From an uncultured Clostridia bacterium (GTDB lineage Bacteria; Bacillota; Clostridia; Oscillospirales; Acutalibacteraceae), in NCBI GenBank assembly GCA_944380875.1, contig CALWJA010000055.1, positions 22,991-86,990 on the forward strand: DNA of 64,000 bases, given 5' to 3'. The notes beneath the pieces were generated by a model that was not told where the DNA came from, did not search any database, and saw only the letters and a list, made by a program, of their open reading frames with translations. The translations under genes and the position numbers were made by a program. Positions 48,554-58,390 of this stretch are shown in pieces; the stretch's first letter is position 1; each line of letters starts with the position of its first letter.

Positions 48554-49612
48554 ATGCAAGACTGGTGCAGAGGAAAGGCAATGGAAAGGTTGAAACGATT
48601 GAAAGAGCAGAAAGGTAAGCCGCCTATGAGATGGGGGCGGGGCGATGAAAACTTGAATAAGAAAAGGAATTGGATTTCTGCTGGAAAAGGATGGATAGCG
48701 TGTATTTTGAGCGTTATTCTTGTTCTTACAGCTGTGTCAGGCTGTTCGTTCCGGAACACAGCTGGGGAAAAAGAAGACTCTTTCCGTATTGTCACATCTT
48801 TTTACCCAATGTATATAATGACGATAAATATTACGAATGGTATAGATGGAGTCCAGGTGGACAATATGGCCGGCCAGCAAACCGGATGCCTGCATGATTA
48901 TCAGCTGCAAAGCAAGGACATGCAAAACTTGCAGAAAGCGGATGTTTTTGTAATTAACGGCGCGGGCATGGAAAGCTTTATGGAAAAAGTATTCCAGCAA
49001 CTTCCGGATCTGCCCGTCATTACAGCCAGCGATGGGATTCCCCTGTTGTGCGCGGAAGGGCATAGCCATGAAGGGGAAGAGCATGGGCACGAAGAAGAGG
49101 AAGTGAATCCCCATGTGTGGGTGAGCATCACCAATGCCGCAAAAGAAGTGGAGACCATTGCCCAGGGGTTAGCAGAGGCCGACCCGGAGCATGCGGAAGC
49201 TTACCTTAAAAATGCGGAAATATACAGGGGAAAGCTCCTTTCTTTGGCGGAAGAAATGCATGCCGTTTTGGATACTGCGCCGGATAAACGGATTATAACA
49301 TTCCATGAGGCGTTTCCGTATTTTGCCCAGGAATTTGATCTGGAAATCGTGAAAGTGATAAACCGGGAACCGGATAGCCAGCCCAGCGCAAAAGAATTGG
49401 CCGATACCATCCGGCAGATTCGGGAGACGGATGTAAAGGCCGTGTTTGCGGAACCCCAGTATTCCGAGAGCGCAGCCGATATTGTGGCGGCGGAGAGCGG
49501 GGCCAACATGTACTTTCTGGATCCGGCCACTACAGGAGAAAATGATCCGGATGCATACCTGCGCGCTATGCGGAAAAATATGGAAGTGCTGAAAGAGGCG
49601 CTGTTTCAATAG
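48554..49612 (+). CDS. znuA: Metal (zinc) ABC transporter substrate-binding lipoprotein (ZnuA/TroA family)
   Basis: Lipobox 'LTAVSGC'. Cluster-9 SBP fold with a His/Glu-rich flexible loop ('HSHEGEEHGHEEEE') characteristic of Zn-specific ZnuA. Start uncertain: M1, M10 or M25. Confidence 0.8.
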   Translation: MQDWCRGKAMERLKRLKEQKGKPPMRWGRGDENLNKKRNWISAGKGWIACILSVILVLTAVSGCSFRNTAGEKEDSFRIVTSFYPMYIMTINITNGIDGVQVDNMAGQQTGCLHDYQLQSKDMQNLQKADVFVINGAGMESFMEKVFQQLPDLPVITASDGIPLLCAEGHSHEGEEHGHEEEEVNPHVWVSITNAAKEVETIAQGLAEADPEHAEAYLKNAEIYRGKLLSLAEEMHAVLDTAPDKRIITFHEAFPYFAQEFDLEIVKVINREPDSQPSAKELADTIRQIRETDVKAVFAEPQYSESAADIVAAESGANMYFLDPATTGENDPDAYLRAMRKNMEVLKEALFQ

Positions 49613-49693
49613 GAGTATAGATCGTAAAGCATGGGATGCAGGAGTATGAAAGGGAAATAGATGCACATATAGATCGGGAGGCTTGATGTAAGA

Positions 49694-50548
49694 ATGCAAA
49701 AACGAGAACCCCTACAGCAGGGGAAGGAGAATGGTGTGGAAACAAAAACACATATCCATGGCCCCGGCTGCGGCTGCAGCACCTGCGAAATTGCAGGGTG
49801 CAATTGTGTGGACTGCAAATGCAGTATGGAAATACGGGATCTCAGCGTCCGCAAAAAGGACGGCTTGATTTTGGATAAAATTCATCTGAAGGTAACCCAT
49901 GGGGAGATTATGGCTATTATCGGCCGGAACGGAGCGGGAAAATCCACTCTGCTGAAGGCCATTTTAGGCAGGATCCCCTATACAGGTTCCATTTCCTATA
50001 CAAATCATAAAGGGGAATCCATACAAAGGCCGAAAATAGGCTATGTGCCTCAAAATTTGGTGTTTGACAGAACTTCCCCCACTACGGCGGCAGATATGCT
50101 CTGCGCCAATCTTTCCCGGTTCCCTGTATGGCTGGGGCATAGGAAGGAATCCCTGGAAAAAGCGGAAGCCCTGCTCAAAAGGGTGGGAGCGTCCGGCGAT
50201 CTGCTGAAAAAGAGGCTGGGAAATCTTTCGGGGGGAGAACTGCAGAGGGTGCTTCTGGCCTTTGCTTTGGAGCCTATGCCGGATCTGCTTCTTCTGGATG
50301 AACCTGTTTCCGCTATGGACAGGCAGGGAACGGAAGTATTTTATGATCTGGTATCCTCCCTTCGCCGGCAGTATCATATGCCGGTTCTGCTTGTTTCCCA
50401 TGATTTGGCCCATGTAGAGCAGTTTGCTACAAGAGCGGCTCTTTTGGATAAGACCATTCTGCTGGAGGGGGAAGCCCATGAAGTGATGGCTTCTGCCCTG
50501 GTTGCGGAAACGTTTGGCCTGCCCGGCAGGAAGGGAGGAAAGAATTGA
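49694..50548 (+). CDS. znuC: Metal ABC transporter ATP-binding protein (ZnuC-like) with Cys/His-rich N-terminal extension
   Basis: Walker A 'GRNGAGKST', signature 'LSGGELQRV', Walker B 'LLLLDEP'. Conserved ATPase core begins at 'MEIRDLSV' (49826). An in-frame 30-44 codon Cys-rich leader precedes it, with alternative starts ATG 49694 or GTG 49736 (GAAGGAG RBS). Confidence 0.8.
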   Translation: MQKREPLQQGKENGVETKTHIHGPGCGCSTCEIAGCNCVDCKCSMEIRDLSVRKKDGLILDKIHLKVTHGEIMAIIGRNGAGKSTLLKAILGRIPYTGSISYTNHKGESIQRPKIGYVPQNLVFDRTSPTTAADMLCANLSRFPVWLGHRKESLEKAEALLKRVGASGDLLKKRLGNLSGGELQRVLLAFALEPMPDLLLLDEPVSAMDRQGTEVFYDLVSSLRRQYHMPVLLVSHDLAHVEQFATRAALLDKTILLEGEAHEVMASALVAETFGLPGRKGGKN

Positions 50549-51405
50549 TGGATTTTTTATACAGCCTCATAGATATGCTTCTTCCTTTTGATTGGACAGA
50601 ATTTGATTTTATGAAAAACGCCTTCCTGGCGGTTCTCCTTATAACCCCTCTTTTCGGGTTGGTAGGAACAATGGTCGTCAACAACCGGATGAGCTTTTTT
50701 TCCGATGCCCTGGGGCATTCCGCCCTTACTGGCATTGCCATCGGCGTGCTGATGGGGGTGGATGACTATCTTTTCTCCATGATGGGGTTTTCTCTTCTTT
50801 TTGCTCTGTGTATTTCAGCGGTAATGGGTTCGGGGGTATCGTCTTCCGATACCATTATCGGTGTGTTTTCCAGCACAGGCCTTGCTTTGGGCGTGGTTCT
50901 TCTTTCGGCTACAGGAGGATTTGCCAAATATTCCGCCTATCTGATTGGGGATATTCTCACGGTAACGGGAAATGAAATTGCCCTTCTGGCCGTAGTCCTG
51001 CTTCTGGTGATTTTGCTGTGGATATTTGTATTTAACAGATGGATGCTTACCGGTCTCAACCCGGATCTGGCCGCCAGCAAACGGATCCCTGTGGGCCTGA
51101 CGGAAAAGCTTTTTATTATTGTGGTGGCTGTGATGGTGACCGTATCCATTAAATGGGTTGGAATCCTTATTATCAATTCCTTATTGGTGCTTCCGGCGGC
51201 TTCAGCCCGGAATATAGCTCGCTCCATGCGGTCTTATCATTTTTTGAGCGTGCTGATTTCCATGATTTCCGGTGTAACGGGTTTGATCCTTTCCTATTAT
51301 CTGGGAACGGCGGCAGGGGGGACCATTGTCCTTACAGCGGCGGTGATCTTTTTTGTCACTTTTCTTGCAGGCAGGTTTGGAGGAGCGGGAAAACGATCCC
51401 TTTGA
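50545..51405 (+). CDS. znuB: Metal ABC transporter permease (ZnuB-like)
   Basis: 286-aa polytopic membrane protein of the ABC-3 family. ATGA start/stop overlap with the ATPase gene. Confidence 0.85.
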   Translation: MMDFLYSLIDMLLPFDWTEFDFMKNAFLAVLLITPLFGLVGTMVVNNRMSFFSDALGHSALTGIAIGVLMGVDDYLFSMMGFSLLFALCISAVMGSGVSSSDTIIGVFSSTGLALGVVLLSATGGFAKYSAYLIGDILTVTGNEIALLAVVLLLVILLWIFVFNRWMLTGLNPDLAASKRIPVGLTEKLFIIVVAVMVTVSIKWVGILIINSLLVLPAASARNIARSMRSYHFLSVLISMISGVTGLILSYYLGTAAGGTIVLTAAVIFFVTFLAGRFGGAGKRSL

Positions 51406-51494
51406 AAGGTTTTGCCCTCAGATAGATTCCTGTTTGTGCCACTTGCTTCCGGCATCCTTTTCTGGTATAGTGGAGAGGAAAAGGATGTGTTATC

Positions 51495-52142
51495 ATGTTT
51501 TCCAAAGGCGAAGCAATCAAACACGCTTTGCAAAAATACGGATGGGTGGCCTTAGGTTGTGCGATTTTGTCTTTTGGGCTTTATAATGTCCATGAACAAT
51601 GCCGCGTAACAGAAGGGGGCGTTTTGGGAATGACGCTCTTTCTGGAACATTGGCTCCATCTAAGTCCGGCGGCAGGAAGCTTTATCCTGAATATCTTTTG
51701 CTATGCACTGGGTTTTAAGTTTCTGGGAAAAGCTTTTCTTCGGGATTCCCTGATTGCCGCGGTGATGTATTCCCTGTTATACGGTTTTTGGGAATTATTC
51801 CCGCCCATGCTGCCCAGCATGGCAAGGTGGCCGCTTTTGGCGGCTGTGGTAGGGGCGCTCTTTGTGGGCGTGGGAGTAGGCCTTATTGTGCGGATGGATA
51901 TTGCCCCGGGCGGAGACGATGCCCTTGCGCTGGTGCTTTCCCATGTGACGAAAAAAAACGTGGGAAGAATGTATCTTGCCTGTGATTTAACGGTTCTGGC
52001 CCTATCTCTTTCGTATATCCCTGTGTTTAATATTCTCTGCTCCTTGGTAACGGTTACCATATCTTCCTGGATCGTCGGCAGATTTTCTGCAGATGAACAG
52101 AAGAAAAAGAATAAGAGGGCAGAGGCGGAGAGCACAGTTTAA
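51495..52142 (+). CDS. YitT-family (DUF161) membrane protein
   Basis: 215 aa. Five or six TM segments, YczE/YyaS/YitT-type N-terminal membrane domain. No C-terminal DUF2179 domain. Confidence 0.65.
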   Translation: MFSKGEAIKHALQKYGWVALGCAILSFGLYNVHEQCRVTEGGVLGMTLFLEHWLHLSPAAGSFILNIFCYALGFKFLGKAFLRDSLIAAVMYSLLYGFWELFPPMLPSMARWPLLAAVVGALFVGVGVGLIVRMDIAPGGDDALALVLSHVTKKNVGRMYLACDLTVLALSLSYIPVFNILCSLVTVTISSWIVGRFSADEQKKKNKRAEAESTV

Positions 52143-52190
52143 AAATGTTTTTAAGGTAAATATCCATACTGTAAAACGGCAGTAAAGACA

Positions 52191-52228
52191 GCGCCGTCCG
52201 GGTTTTCTCGGACGGCGCTTTTATGTAT
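52191..52228 (+). terminator. Rho-independent terminator after yitT-like gene
   Basis: Hairpin 'gcgccgtccg-ggttttct-cggacggcgc' followed by TTTTATGTATTTT. Confidence 0.6.
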
Positions 52229-52537
52229 TTTCCGTATTTTATATGCAGATACCATACTTTTCTAAATTTTTGCCTTTTGCAGGTTTTTATGAATTCTTTT
52301 GGGAAAAACAGTGCAAATTGTAGCACTTGTCTCTTTTCCCAAAGCGGTGGATATGATACAATACCAGTAGAAGTTTTATGCTTTCCAAAGCTTGCCGGGC
52401 TATGGATACGTTCCGTTTGTATTTGATATTGGATGGATTGCGGAGCCGAATCTTCCGCCTCCTTTTTGGCAGGGCGGATACCGGTCTAAGAGGGAAATGT
52501 GGAAATTTTGGCCGTATGGCCGGAAATGGGGGAAATT

Positions 52538-55500
52538 ATGTCTGACGTTATTCGTGTGTTTGTAGAGAAAAAGCCGGGCTTTGATGTGGAGGCGCAGCAT
52601 ATTAAAGCGGATCTGATCGGGAATCTGGGGATTTCTTCTATCACGGATCTGAAGCTTTTGAACCGCTACGATGTTTCGGGGCTTAGCCGGGAGGAATTTG
52701 ACCGGGCCCGCATTACGATCTTCTCTGAGCCGAATGTGGACAATGTTTACGACGAGGTATATGAAGCCCCCGAAGGCTATAAGGTATTTGCTATGGAATA
52801 CCTCCCCGGCCAGTATGACCAGCGGGCGGATTCAGCCGCCCAGTGTGTGCAGCTGCTCACCCAGGGAGAACGTCCGGAAGTGCTGACGGCTAAAGTGGTA
52901 GCCGTAGCGGGAGACCTTTCGGAAGAAGAATTTGTAAAGATCCAGAATTATATGGTCAACCCGGTTGAAAGCCGGCTGGCTTCTTTGGAAAAACCGGAAA
53001 GCCTTTCCCTGCAGGCGGATGTGCCTGCGGACGTGGCCCGTGTGAAAGGATTTATCGGCTGGAATCAGGAAGAGCTCAAGGCCTATTACGACACCATGGG
53101 CTTTGCCATGAGCATGGAAGACCTCCTTTTCTGCCAGGAATATTTCCGGGATGAGGAAAAGAGGGATCCTTCCGTTACGGAGCTCCGTGTAATTGATACG
53201 TATTGGAGCGACCATTGCCGCCACACTACCTTCTCTACTAGGCTGACGGAGATCAAAGTGGAAGAAGCTTCTCAAAAGGCGGTTACGGATGCTATTGAAG
53301 AAGCGTTGAAGCTGTATTTTGAAACCAGGGACGAGCTTTACGGAAAAGATACGAAAAAGCCCGTATCCCTGATGGATATGGCTGTAATAGGCGCAAAGTC
53401 TCTGCGCAAACAGGGAAAAATTCCGGATCTGGATGTAAGCGACGAAATCAATGCATGTTCTATAGAAGTCCCGGTAACGGTGGATGGCAAAACGGAGCAG
53501 TGGCTGGTTCAGTTTAAGAACGAGACCCACAACCATCCTACGGAGATCGAGCCTTTCGGCGGCGCGGCTACCTGTTTGGGCGGCGCAATTCGCGATCCGC
53601 TTTCCGGCCGTGCCTATGTATACCAGGCTATGCGTGTGACAGGTTCGGGAGATCCTACGGTTCCCTTTGAGAAGACTCTTAAGGGCAAGCTTCCCAGCCG
53701 TAAGATTACTACAGGCGCTGCTCATGGCTACAGCTCCTACGGCAACCAAATCGGCCTTGCAACAGGCCAGGTTACGGAGCTTTATGATGCGGGTTACGTG
53801 GCCAAGCGTATGGAAATCGGCGCAGTGATCGGCGCTTCCCCCAAGGCGAACGTTGTCCGTGAGGTTCCGGCTGCGGGAGATGTAATCGTGCTTTTGGGCG
53901 GCAGCACCGGCCGTGACGGTATCGGCGGCGCTACGGGATCCAGCAAGGCCCATACGGAAAAATCCGTGGAAGTCTGCGGAGCGGAAGTGCAAAAGGGCAA
54001 TCCCCCCACAGAGCGTAAGATCCAGCGGTTGTTCCGGAATCCGGAAGTTTCCCGCCTCATCAAGCGCTGCAACGATTTCGGCGCAGGCGGAGTCTGCGTA
54101 GCAATCGGTGAGCTGGCGGATGGACTTATCGTAGATCTGGATAAGGTGCCGAAAAAATATGAAGGGCTGGACGGCACAGAACTGGCCATTTCGGAAAGCC
54201 AGGAAAGAATGGCTGTTGTTCTGGATAAAAAAGATGTGGAGGCTTTCTGCAAGGCTTCCACGGAAGAAAACCTGAACGCCCAGGTGGTAGCGGTTGTTAC
54301 GGAACAGCCCCGCCTGCAGATGGAATGGAGAGGGGATCGTATCGTAGATATTGCCCGTTCCTTCCTGGATACAAACGGTGTGACCCAGAATGCGAAGGTT
54401 TTGATTGAAGCGCCGGACGCCCAGAAGAATTACAGAAATTTGGTTCCGGAGGAGCTTGCAGGAGAAGCTTTGGCAGAAGCTTTCAAAAAGAATCTTTCCC
54501 GGTTGGAAGTCTGCGGCCAGAAGGGGCTTTCGGAGCGGTTCGATGCTTCCATCGGCGCGGCTACTGTGTTGATGCCTTTTGCTGGTAAATACCAGATGAC
54601 TCCCGAAGAGGCCATGGTTGCAAAGCTTCCCGTTGACCACGGAGAGACGGACGACGCAACAGCCATGAGCTATGGATATATCCCGGGAATTTCCCGTTTT
54701 TCCCCCTTCCATGGGGCGGCGTATGCCGTAGTGGAGAGCCTTTCCAAGCTGGCGGCTGTGGGAGCCGATCCCATGACCTCCCGCCTGACTTTCCAGGAAT
54801 ATTTTGAGCGGCTTCACGATGTGCCCAGCCGTTGGGGCAAGCCGGCCGCAGCACTTTTGGGTGCTCTTACGGCGCAGCTGAAGCTGGGGCTTCCTTCCAT
54901 CGGCGGCAAAGACAGCATGAGCGGTTCTTTCGAGCAGCTGGACGTTCCTCCCACTCTGGTGAGCTTTGCCGTGGCCATGACCAAGGCCAGCTGCACCATG
55001 ACGGCGGCGCTGCAGAAGGCCGGTTCCAAACTGGTGGTATTCCCCCTGCCGGAAAACAAAGAAACTCTCCTTCCGGATTGGGATAAGCTCCCCGGCTATT
55101 ATGAAGAGATTCTCTCCATGATGGAAAAGGGAGATATCCTTTCTGCTTCCGTTGTGAAGGAAGGCGGCGTAGCCGCTGCCGCTGCCAAGATGGCTTTCGG
55201 CAACCGGCTGGGTGTTTCCATGGATCGGAATATGGAAGATCATAAGGAGCTTTTCGCTCCCGTTTCCGGTACGATCGTAGCCGAGCTTCGGGCTGGCGCT
55301 CCCTTCCCCGCATCTGCAAAAGCTGTTGGCGAAGTGACGGAGGAACCGGTGATTGTGCTGGCTGGAAACAGAATGTCCCTTGACGAACTGGAGGAAATCT
55401 GGAACAGCAAACTGGAATCCATCTTCCCCAATAAGGCGAAGGAAGTTCCTGTTACGCATAATGTGCCTTTGTGGAACGAGCGCAACGGGAAAGCGCCTGC

Positions 55501-56311
55501 CATTAAGGCGGCGAAGCCCAGAGTATTTATCCCTGTATTCCCAGGCACAAACTGCGAGTATGATACCTGCAGGGCCTTTGAGAAGGCCGGCGCGGATCCC
55601 CGTGTGTTGGTGGTTAAAAACCTGAGTTCCGCCGGAATTGAGGAAACCATCCAGCGGATGGAAAAGATGATACAGGAATCCCAGATCATTATGCTTCCCG
55701 GCGGATTTTCCGGCGGCGACGAACCGGATGGTTCCGGCAAATTTATTGCCACTACGTTCCGCAATCCCCGTATAGCGGAGGCCGTTTCCGCCCTGCTGGA
55801 GCAGAGGGACGGGCTGATGCTGGGTATCTGCAACGGTTTCCAGGCCCTTATTAAGCTGGGCTTGGTTCCCTATGGCAAGATCACCGAACCTTCTGAGGCG
55901 GCTCCCACTTTGACCTTCAACACCCTTGGCCGCCACGTTTCCCGGATGGTATACACCCGTGTTTCCAGCGTGAAATCTCCTTGGTTCTCTTCTGTAAACG
56001 CAGGAGATGTGTTTGCGGTTCCCGTTTCCCACGGAGAAGGCCGCTTTGTGGCCAGCCCCGCCGTTATGGAGGAGCTGATCCAAAACGGGCAGATCGCGAC
56101 CCAGTATGTGGATCCGGAAGGAAATCCCAGCGGGGATATCCTTTGGAACCCCAACGGCTCCGTATGCGCTGTGGAAGGTATTACCAGTCCCGACGGTCGT
56201 ATTCTGGGCAAAATGGGCCATTCTGAGCGGAAAGGTACCAATCTCTATGATAACGTTCCCGGCGAAAAGGATCAGAAGATCTTTGAATCCGGTGTGGCAT
56301 ATTTTAAATAA
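52538..56311 (+). CDS. purL: Phosphoribosylformylglycinamidine synthase, single-chain (FGAM synthase)
   Basis: About 1257 aa. N-terminal PurS-like domain, AIR-synthase-related FGAM domains and C-terminal class-I glutamine amidotransferase ('GICNGFQALIKLG', 'VSHGEGRF'). Start at MSDVIRVF after a GGGGGAA RBS-like tract (the track ORF is extended 13 codons upstream). Confidence 0.9.
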   Translation: MSDVIRVFVEKKPGFDVEAQHIKADLIGNLGISSITDLKLLNRYDVSGLSREEFDRARITIFSEPNVDNVYDEVYEAPEGYKVFAMEYLPGQYDQRADSAAQCVQLLTQGERPEVLTAKVVAVAGDLSEEEFVKIQNYMVNPVESRLASLEKPESLSLQADVPADVARVKGFIGWNQEELKAYYDTMGFAMSMEDLLFCQEYFRDEEKRDPSVTELRVIDTYWSDHCRHTTFSTRLTEIKVEEASQKAVTDAIEEALKLYFETRDELYGKDTKKPVSLMDMAVIGAKSLRKQGKIPDLDVSDEINACSIEVPVTVDGKTEQWLVQFKNETHNHPTEIEPFGGAATCLGGAIRDPLSGRAYVYQAMRVTGSGDPTVPFEKTLKGKLPSRKITTGAAHGYSSYGNQIGLATGQVTELYDAGYVAKRMEIGAVIGASPKANVVREVPAAGDVIVLLGGSTGRDGIGGATGSSKAHTEKSVEVCGAEVQKGNPPTERKIQRLFRNPEVSRLIKRCNDFGAGGVCVAIGELADGLIVDLDKVPKKYEGLDGTELAISESQERMAVVLDKKDVEAFCKASTEENLNAQVVAVVTEQPRLQMEWRGDRIVDIARSFLDTNGVTQNAKVLIEAPDAQKNYRNLVPEELAGEALAEAFKKNLSRLEVCGQKGLSERFDASIGAATVLMPFAGKYQMTPEEAMVAKLPVDHGETDDATAMSYGYIPGISRFSPFHGAAYAVVESLSKLAAVGADPMTSRLTFQEYFERLHDVPSRWGKPAAALLGALTAQLKLGLPSIGGKDSMSGSFEQLDVPPTLVSFAVAMTKASCTMTAALQKAGSKLVVFPLPENKETLLPDWDKLPGYYEEILSMMEKGDILSASVVKEGGVAAAAAKMAFGNRLGVSMDRNMEDHKELFAPVSGTIVAELRAGAPFPASAKAVGEVTEEPVIVLAGNRMSLDELEEIWNSKLESIFPNKAKEVPVTHNVPLWNERNGKAPAIKAAKPRVFIPVFPGTNCEYDTCRAFEKAGADPRVLVVKNLSSAGIEETIQRMEKMIQESQIIMLPGGFSGGDEPDGSGKFIATTFRNPRIAEAVSALLEQRDGLMLGICNGFQALIKLGLVPYGKITEPSEAAPTLTFNTLGRHVSRMVYTRVSSVKSPWFSSVNAGDVFAVPVSHGEGRFVASPAVMEELIQNGQIATQYVDPEGNPSGDILWNPNGSVCAVEGITSPDGRILGKMGHSERKGTNLYDNVPGEKDQKIFESGVAYFK

Positions 56312-56334
56312 ACTTTCCCAATAGGGATAGTGAC

Positions 56335-56368
56335 ATAAGAAGGCCGCAGCAATCTGCGGCCTTCTTTC
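56335..56368 (+). terminator. Rho-independent terminator after purL
   Basis: Hairpin 'gaaggccgcag-caat-ctgcggccttc' followed by a T-run. Confidence 0.55.
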
Positions 56369-56460
56369 AGCAGAAAAGAAAGATACAGAGTGGATTCCCT
56401 TTTTCTCCGGAAGGGGGGAAGCTTTGATCCTTTAGACACAGAAAAACAGAGGCGATACAG

Positions 56461-57675
56461 ATGAATGTGGAAGAAAAGGAAAGCCAATATGCGCAAACTC
56501 GCCGAACATGGGCGGAAATAGATCTGGATGCCCTTGGGCACAATTTTCGGGAGATTCAGAGCCGGCTGCAGCCGGGCGTGAAAATCTGCTGTGTAATCAA
56601 AGCGGATGGATACGGCCACGGCGCCGTGGCTCTTGCCCGGGAATATGAATCTCTGGGAGCGGACTGGTTTGCTGTTTCCAACATAGAAGAAGCGGAGGAA
56701 CTGCGCCGGGCAGGTATCCGCCTGCCTATTTTGATTCTGGGATATACCCCGCCGGCCTGTGCGGGAAAACTGGCGGCAAATGGGATTTCCCAGGCTGTCC
56801 TTGGTCTGGAATATGCGCGGCAGCTTTCCCGGGAAGCTGCTGCTCAGGGCGTGTCGGTAAAAGTCCACATTAAGGTGGATACCGGTATGAGCCGGATCGG
56901 CTTTTTCTATCAGGATCCTCAGCGGGACGGAAAAGCCCTTGAGGAAATGAAAGAGGCCTGCCGCTTGCCAGGACTTTCTCCGGAAGGCATCTTTACCCAT
57001 TTTGCCGTAGCCGATGAGGGTGGGAACGGTGAAGAGTTTACCCGCCGGCAGTTTGCGAATTTCACCGGTGCGATCCGGTATCTTGAGGAAAGGGGGATAT
57101 CCTTTTCCATCCGCCATTGCGCCAACTCTGCCGCTATCGGGGAATATCCGGAATTCCAGTTGGATATGGTGCGCCCGGGGATTATCCAATACGGGCTTTT
57201 GCCTTCGTATGCGCTCCGGACCCCTATGGCACTCCGGCCGGTGATGACGCTGAAGAGCGTGCTTTCTCTGGTGAAAACGGTGGAACCCGGAACGGCGGTA
57301 AGTTATGGCTGCACTTTCCGGGCGGAAAGCCCTTCCGTGATCGGCACCATCCCTGTAGGCTATGCGGATGGCTACCGCAGAACTCTTTCCGGCCGTGCTT
57401 GTGTTTTGGTGCGGGGAAAAAGGGCGCCCATTCTGGGACGCGTATGTATGGATCAAATGATGGTGGATCTGACGGATATCCCGGAGGCCAAGGCCGGGGA
57501 AGAGGTTATCCTTTTTGGCGAAGGGCTTCCTGTGGACGAATTGGCCAGGCTGGAAAATACCATCAATTACGAGCTTGTCTGTGATGTAAACCGGAGGGTT
57601 CCCCGCGTGTATGTACGAGGCGCTCGGGTGATAGGAGAGCTTCATTATTTAGAGCAAACTACAGGAGCGCAATGA
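56461..57675 (+). CDS. alr: Alanine racemase
   Basis: 404 aa. PLP-Lys motif 'VIKADGYGHG', N-terminal TIM barrel and C-terminal beta domain ('VSYGCTF...VCMDQMMVD'). Confidence 0.9.
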   Translation: MNVEEKESQYAQTRRTWAEIDLDALGHNFREIQSRLQPGVKICCVIKADGYGHGAVALAREYESLGADWFAVSNIEEAEELRRAGIRLPILILGYTPPACAGKLAANGISQAVLGLEYARQLSREAAAQGVSVKVHIKVDTGMSRIGFFYQDPQRDGKALEEMKEACRLPGLSPEGIFTHFAVADEGGNGEEFTRRQFANFTGAIRYLEERGISFSIRHCANSAAIGEYPEFQLDMVRPGIIQYGLLPSYALRTPMALRPVMTLKSVLSLVKTVEPGTAVSYGCTFRAESPSVIGTIPVGYADGYRRTLSGRACVLVRGKRAPILGRVCMDQMMVDLTDIPEAKAGEEVILFGEGLPVDELARLENTINYELVCDVNRRVPRVYVRGARVIGELHYLEQTTGAQ

Positions 57676-57724
57676 GGAATTCTCTGCATATTTTTCTTTA
57701 ACCTCATTAATATTAATATATGAA

Positions 57725-57770
57725 AAAGGCGCCCTCTTGGCTGAGAGGACGCCTTTTCTATTATTTTTTA
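57725..57770. terminator. Terminator-like hairpin after alr
   Basis: 11-bp stem (one mismatch) 'aggcgccctct...agaggacgcct' followed by 'tttctattatttttt'. Confidence 0.5.
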
Positions 57771-57934
57771 TTGATTGTATAGACGAAAATCGTTTTATAA
57801 CTTCTTGCAAATATTTATTGAAAAATTCCGTAGTAAGCATAGGATAGGGGGTATCCTTCCCTTAAAAATCACTCGTTTCCCTCTATGACCGTAAGAGTAA
57901 TTATATCCTAAACCTTTATACAAACTGAAATCAA

Positions 57935-58390
57935 TTAAACTTCTCTTATAGGAAAATACATATAGCCCTTTCCTGTCGCTGGGTCGATATAATCGTGAAC
58001 AGCTCCGACCAAAGAAATGCCCGCCTCATTCATTTTTCCAATGGTATCTTCAAACACTCCATTATGGTTTTCAACAACTATATACTCATAACTTGGTATT
58101 ATCCATTTTGTCCATCCATCAGGTGCTTCTGCAGTATCAACGCATTCCACTCCAGCCAGATACAAACCTTTACTAAAGTCATCTTCCCAGGGTTTAAAGG
58201 AGTGAGAAATATCAGACATAGCACCCCATATTCCCACAATATTCCCGTTTGTATCTCTCTTTGCCAGATGTGCTACTTCGCTAAAGTGACCGTTTGCATC
58301 ATCCCACAATTTCTGAATAAAGCCTTCGCCATCTAATGTTGAACCCATTTTCCCAATGACAACGAATGCTTTTTTTATTACTTTAACCAT
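57935..58390 (-). CDS. GyrI-like small-molecule-binding domain protein (AraC/Rob effector-binding fold, stand-alone)
   Basis: 151 aa. 'FVVIGKMGST...GIWGA...' pattern of the GyrI-like/integron-associated effector-binding domain. No DNA-binding domain. Confidence 0.5.
   Translation of the reverse strand: MVKVIKKAFVVIGKMGSTLDGEGFIQKLWDDANGHFSEVAHLAKRDTNGNIVGIWGAMSDISHSFKPWEDDFSKGLYLAGVECVDTAEAPDGWTKWIIPSYEYIVVENHNGVFEDTIGKMNEAGISLVGAVHDYIDPATGKGYMYFPIREV

Noticed and set aside
52380-52537. Possible purine or ZTP riboswitch aptamer in front of purL.
   Set aside because: I could not align the region to either consensus (no UAUA…GGAU…CCGUAAAU purine core, no GGGUCGUGAC…CCGCCUGGGCA ZTP elements). 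It is kept only as an unexplained leader in the findings.
52832-56221. 1129-codon ORF on the minus strand, antisense to purL. Similar long antisense ORFs occur at 2570..4435, 9025..10311, 11158..12234, 16698..18332, 19745..20710, 21216..22451, 28703..29671, 31619..32743, 39432..40451, 56272..57645, 60342..61223 and 61611..62825.
   Set aside because: Each lies entirely inside a well-supported gene on the opposite strand and lacks RBS or known motifs. They are shadow ORFs produced by the GC-rich third-position bias of the real genes.
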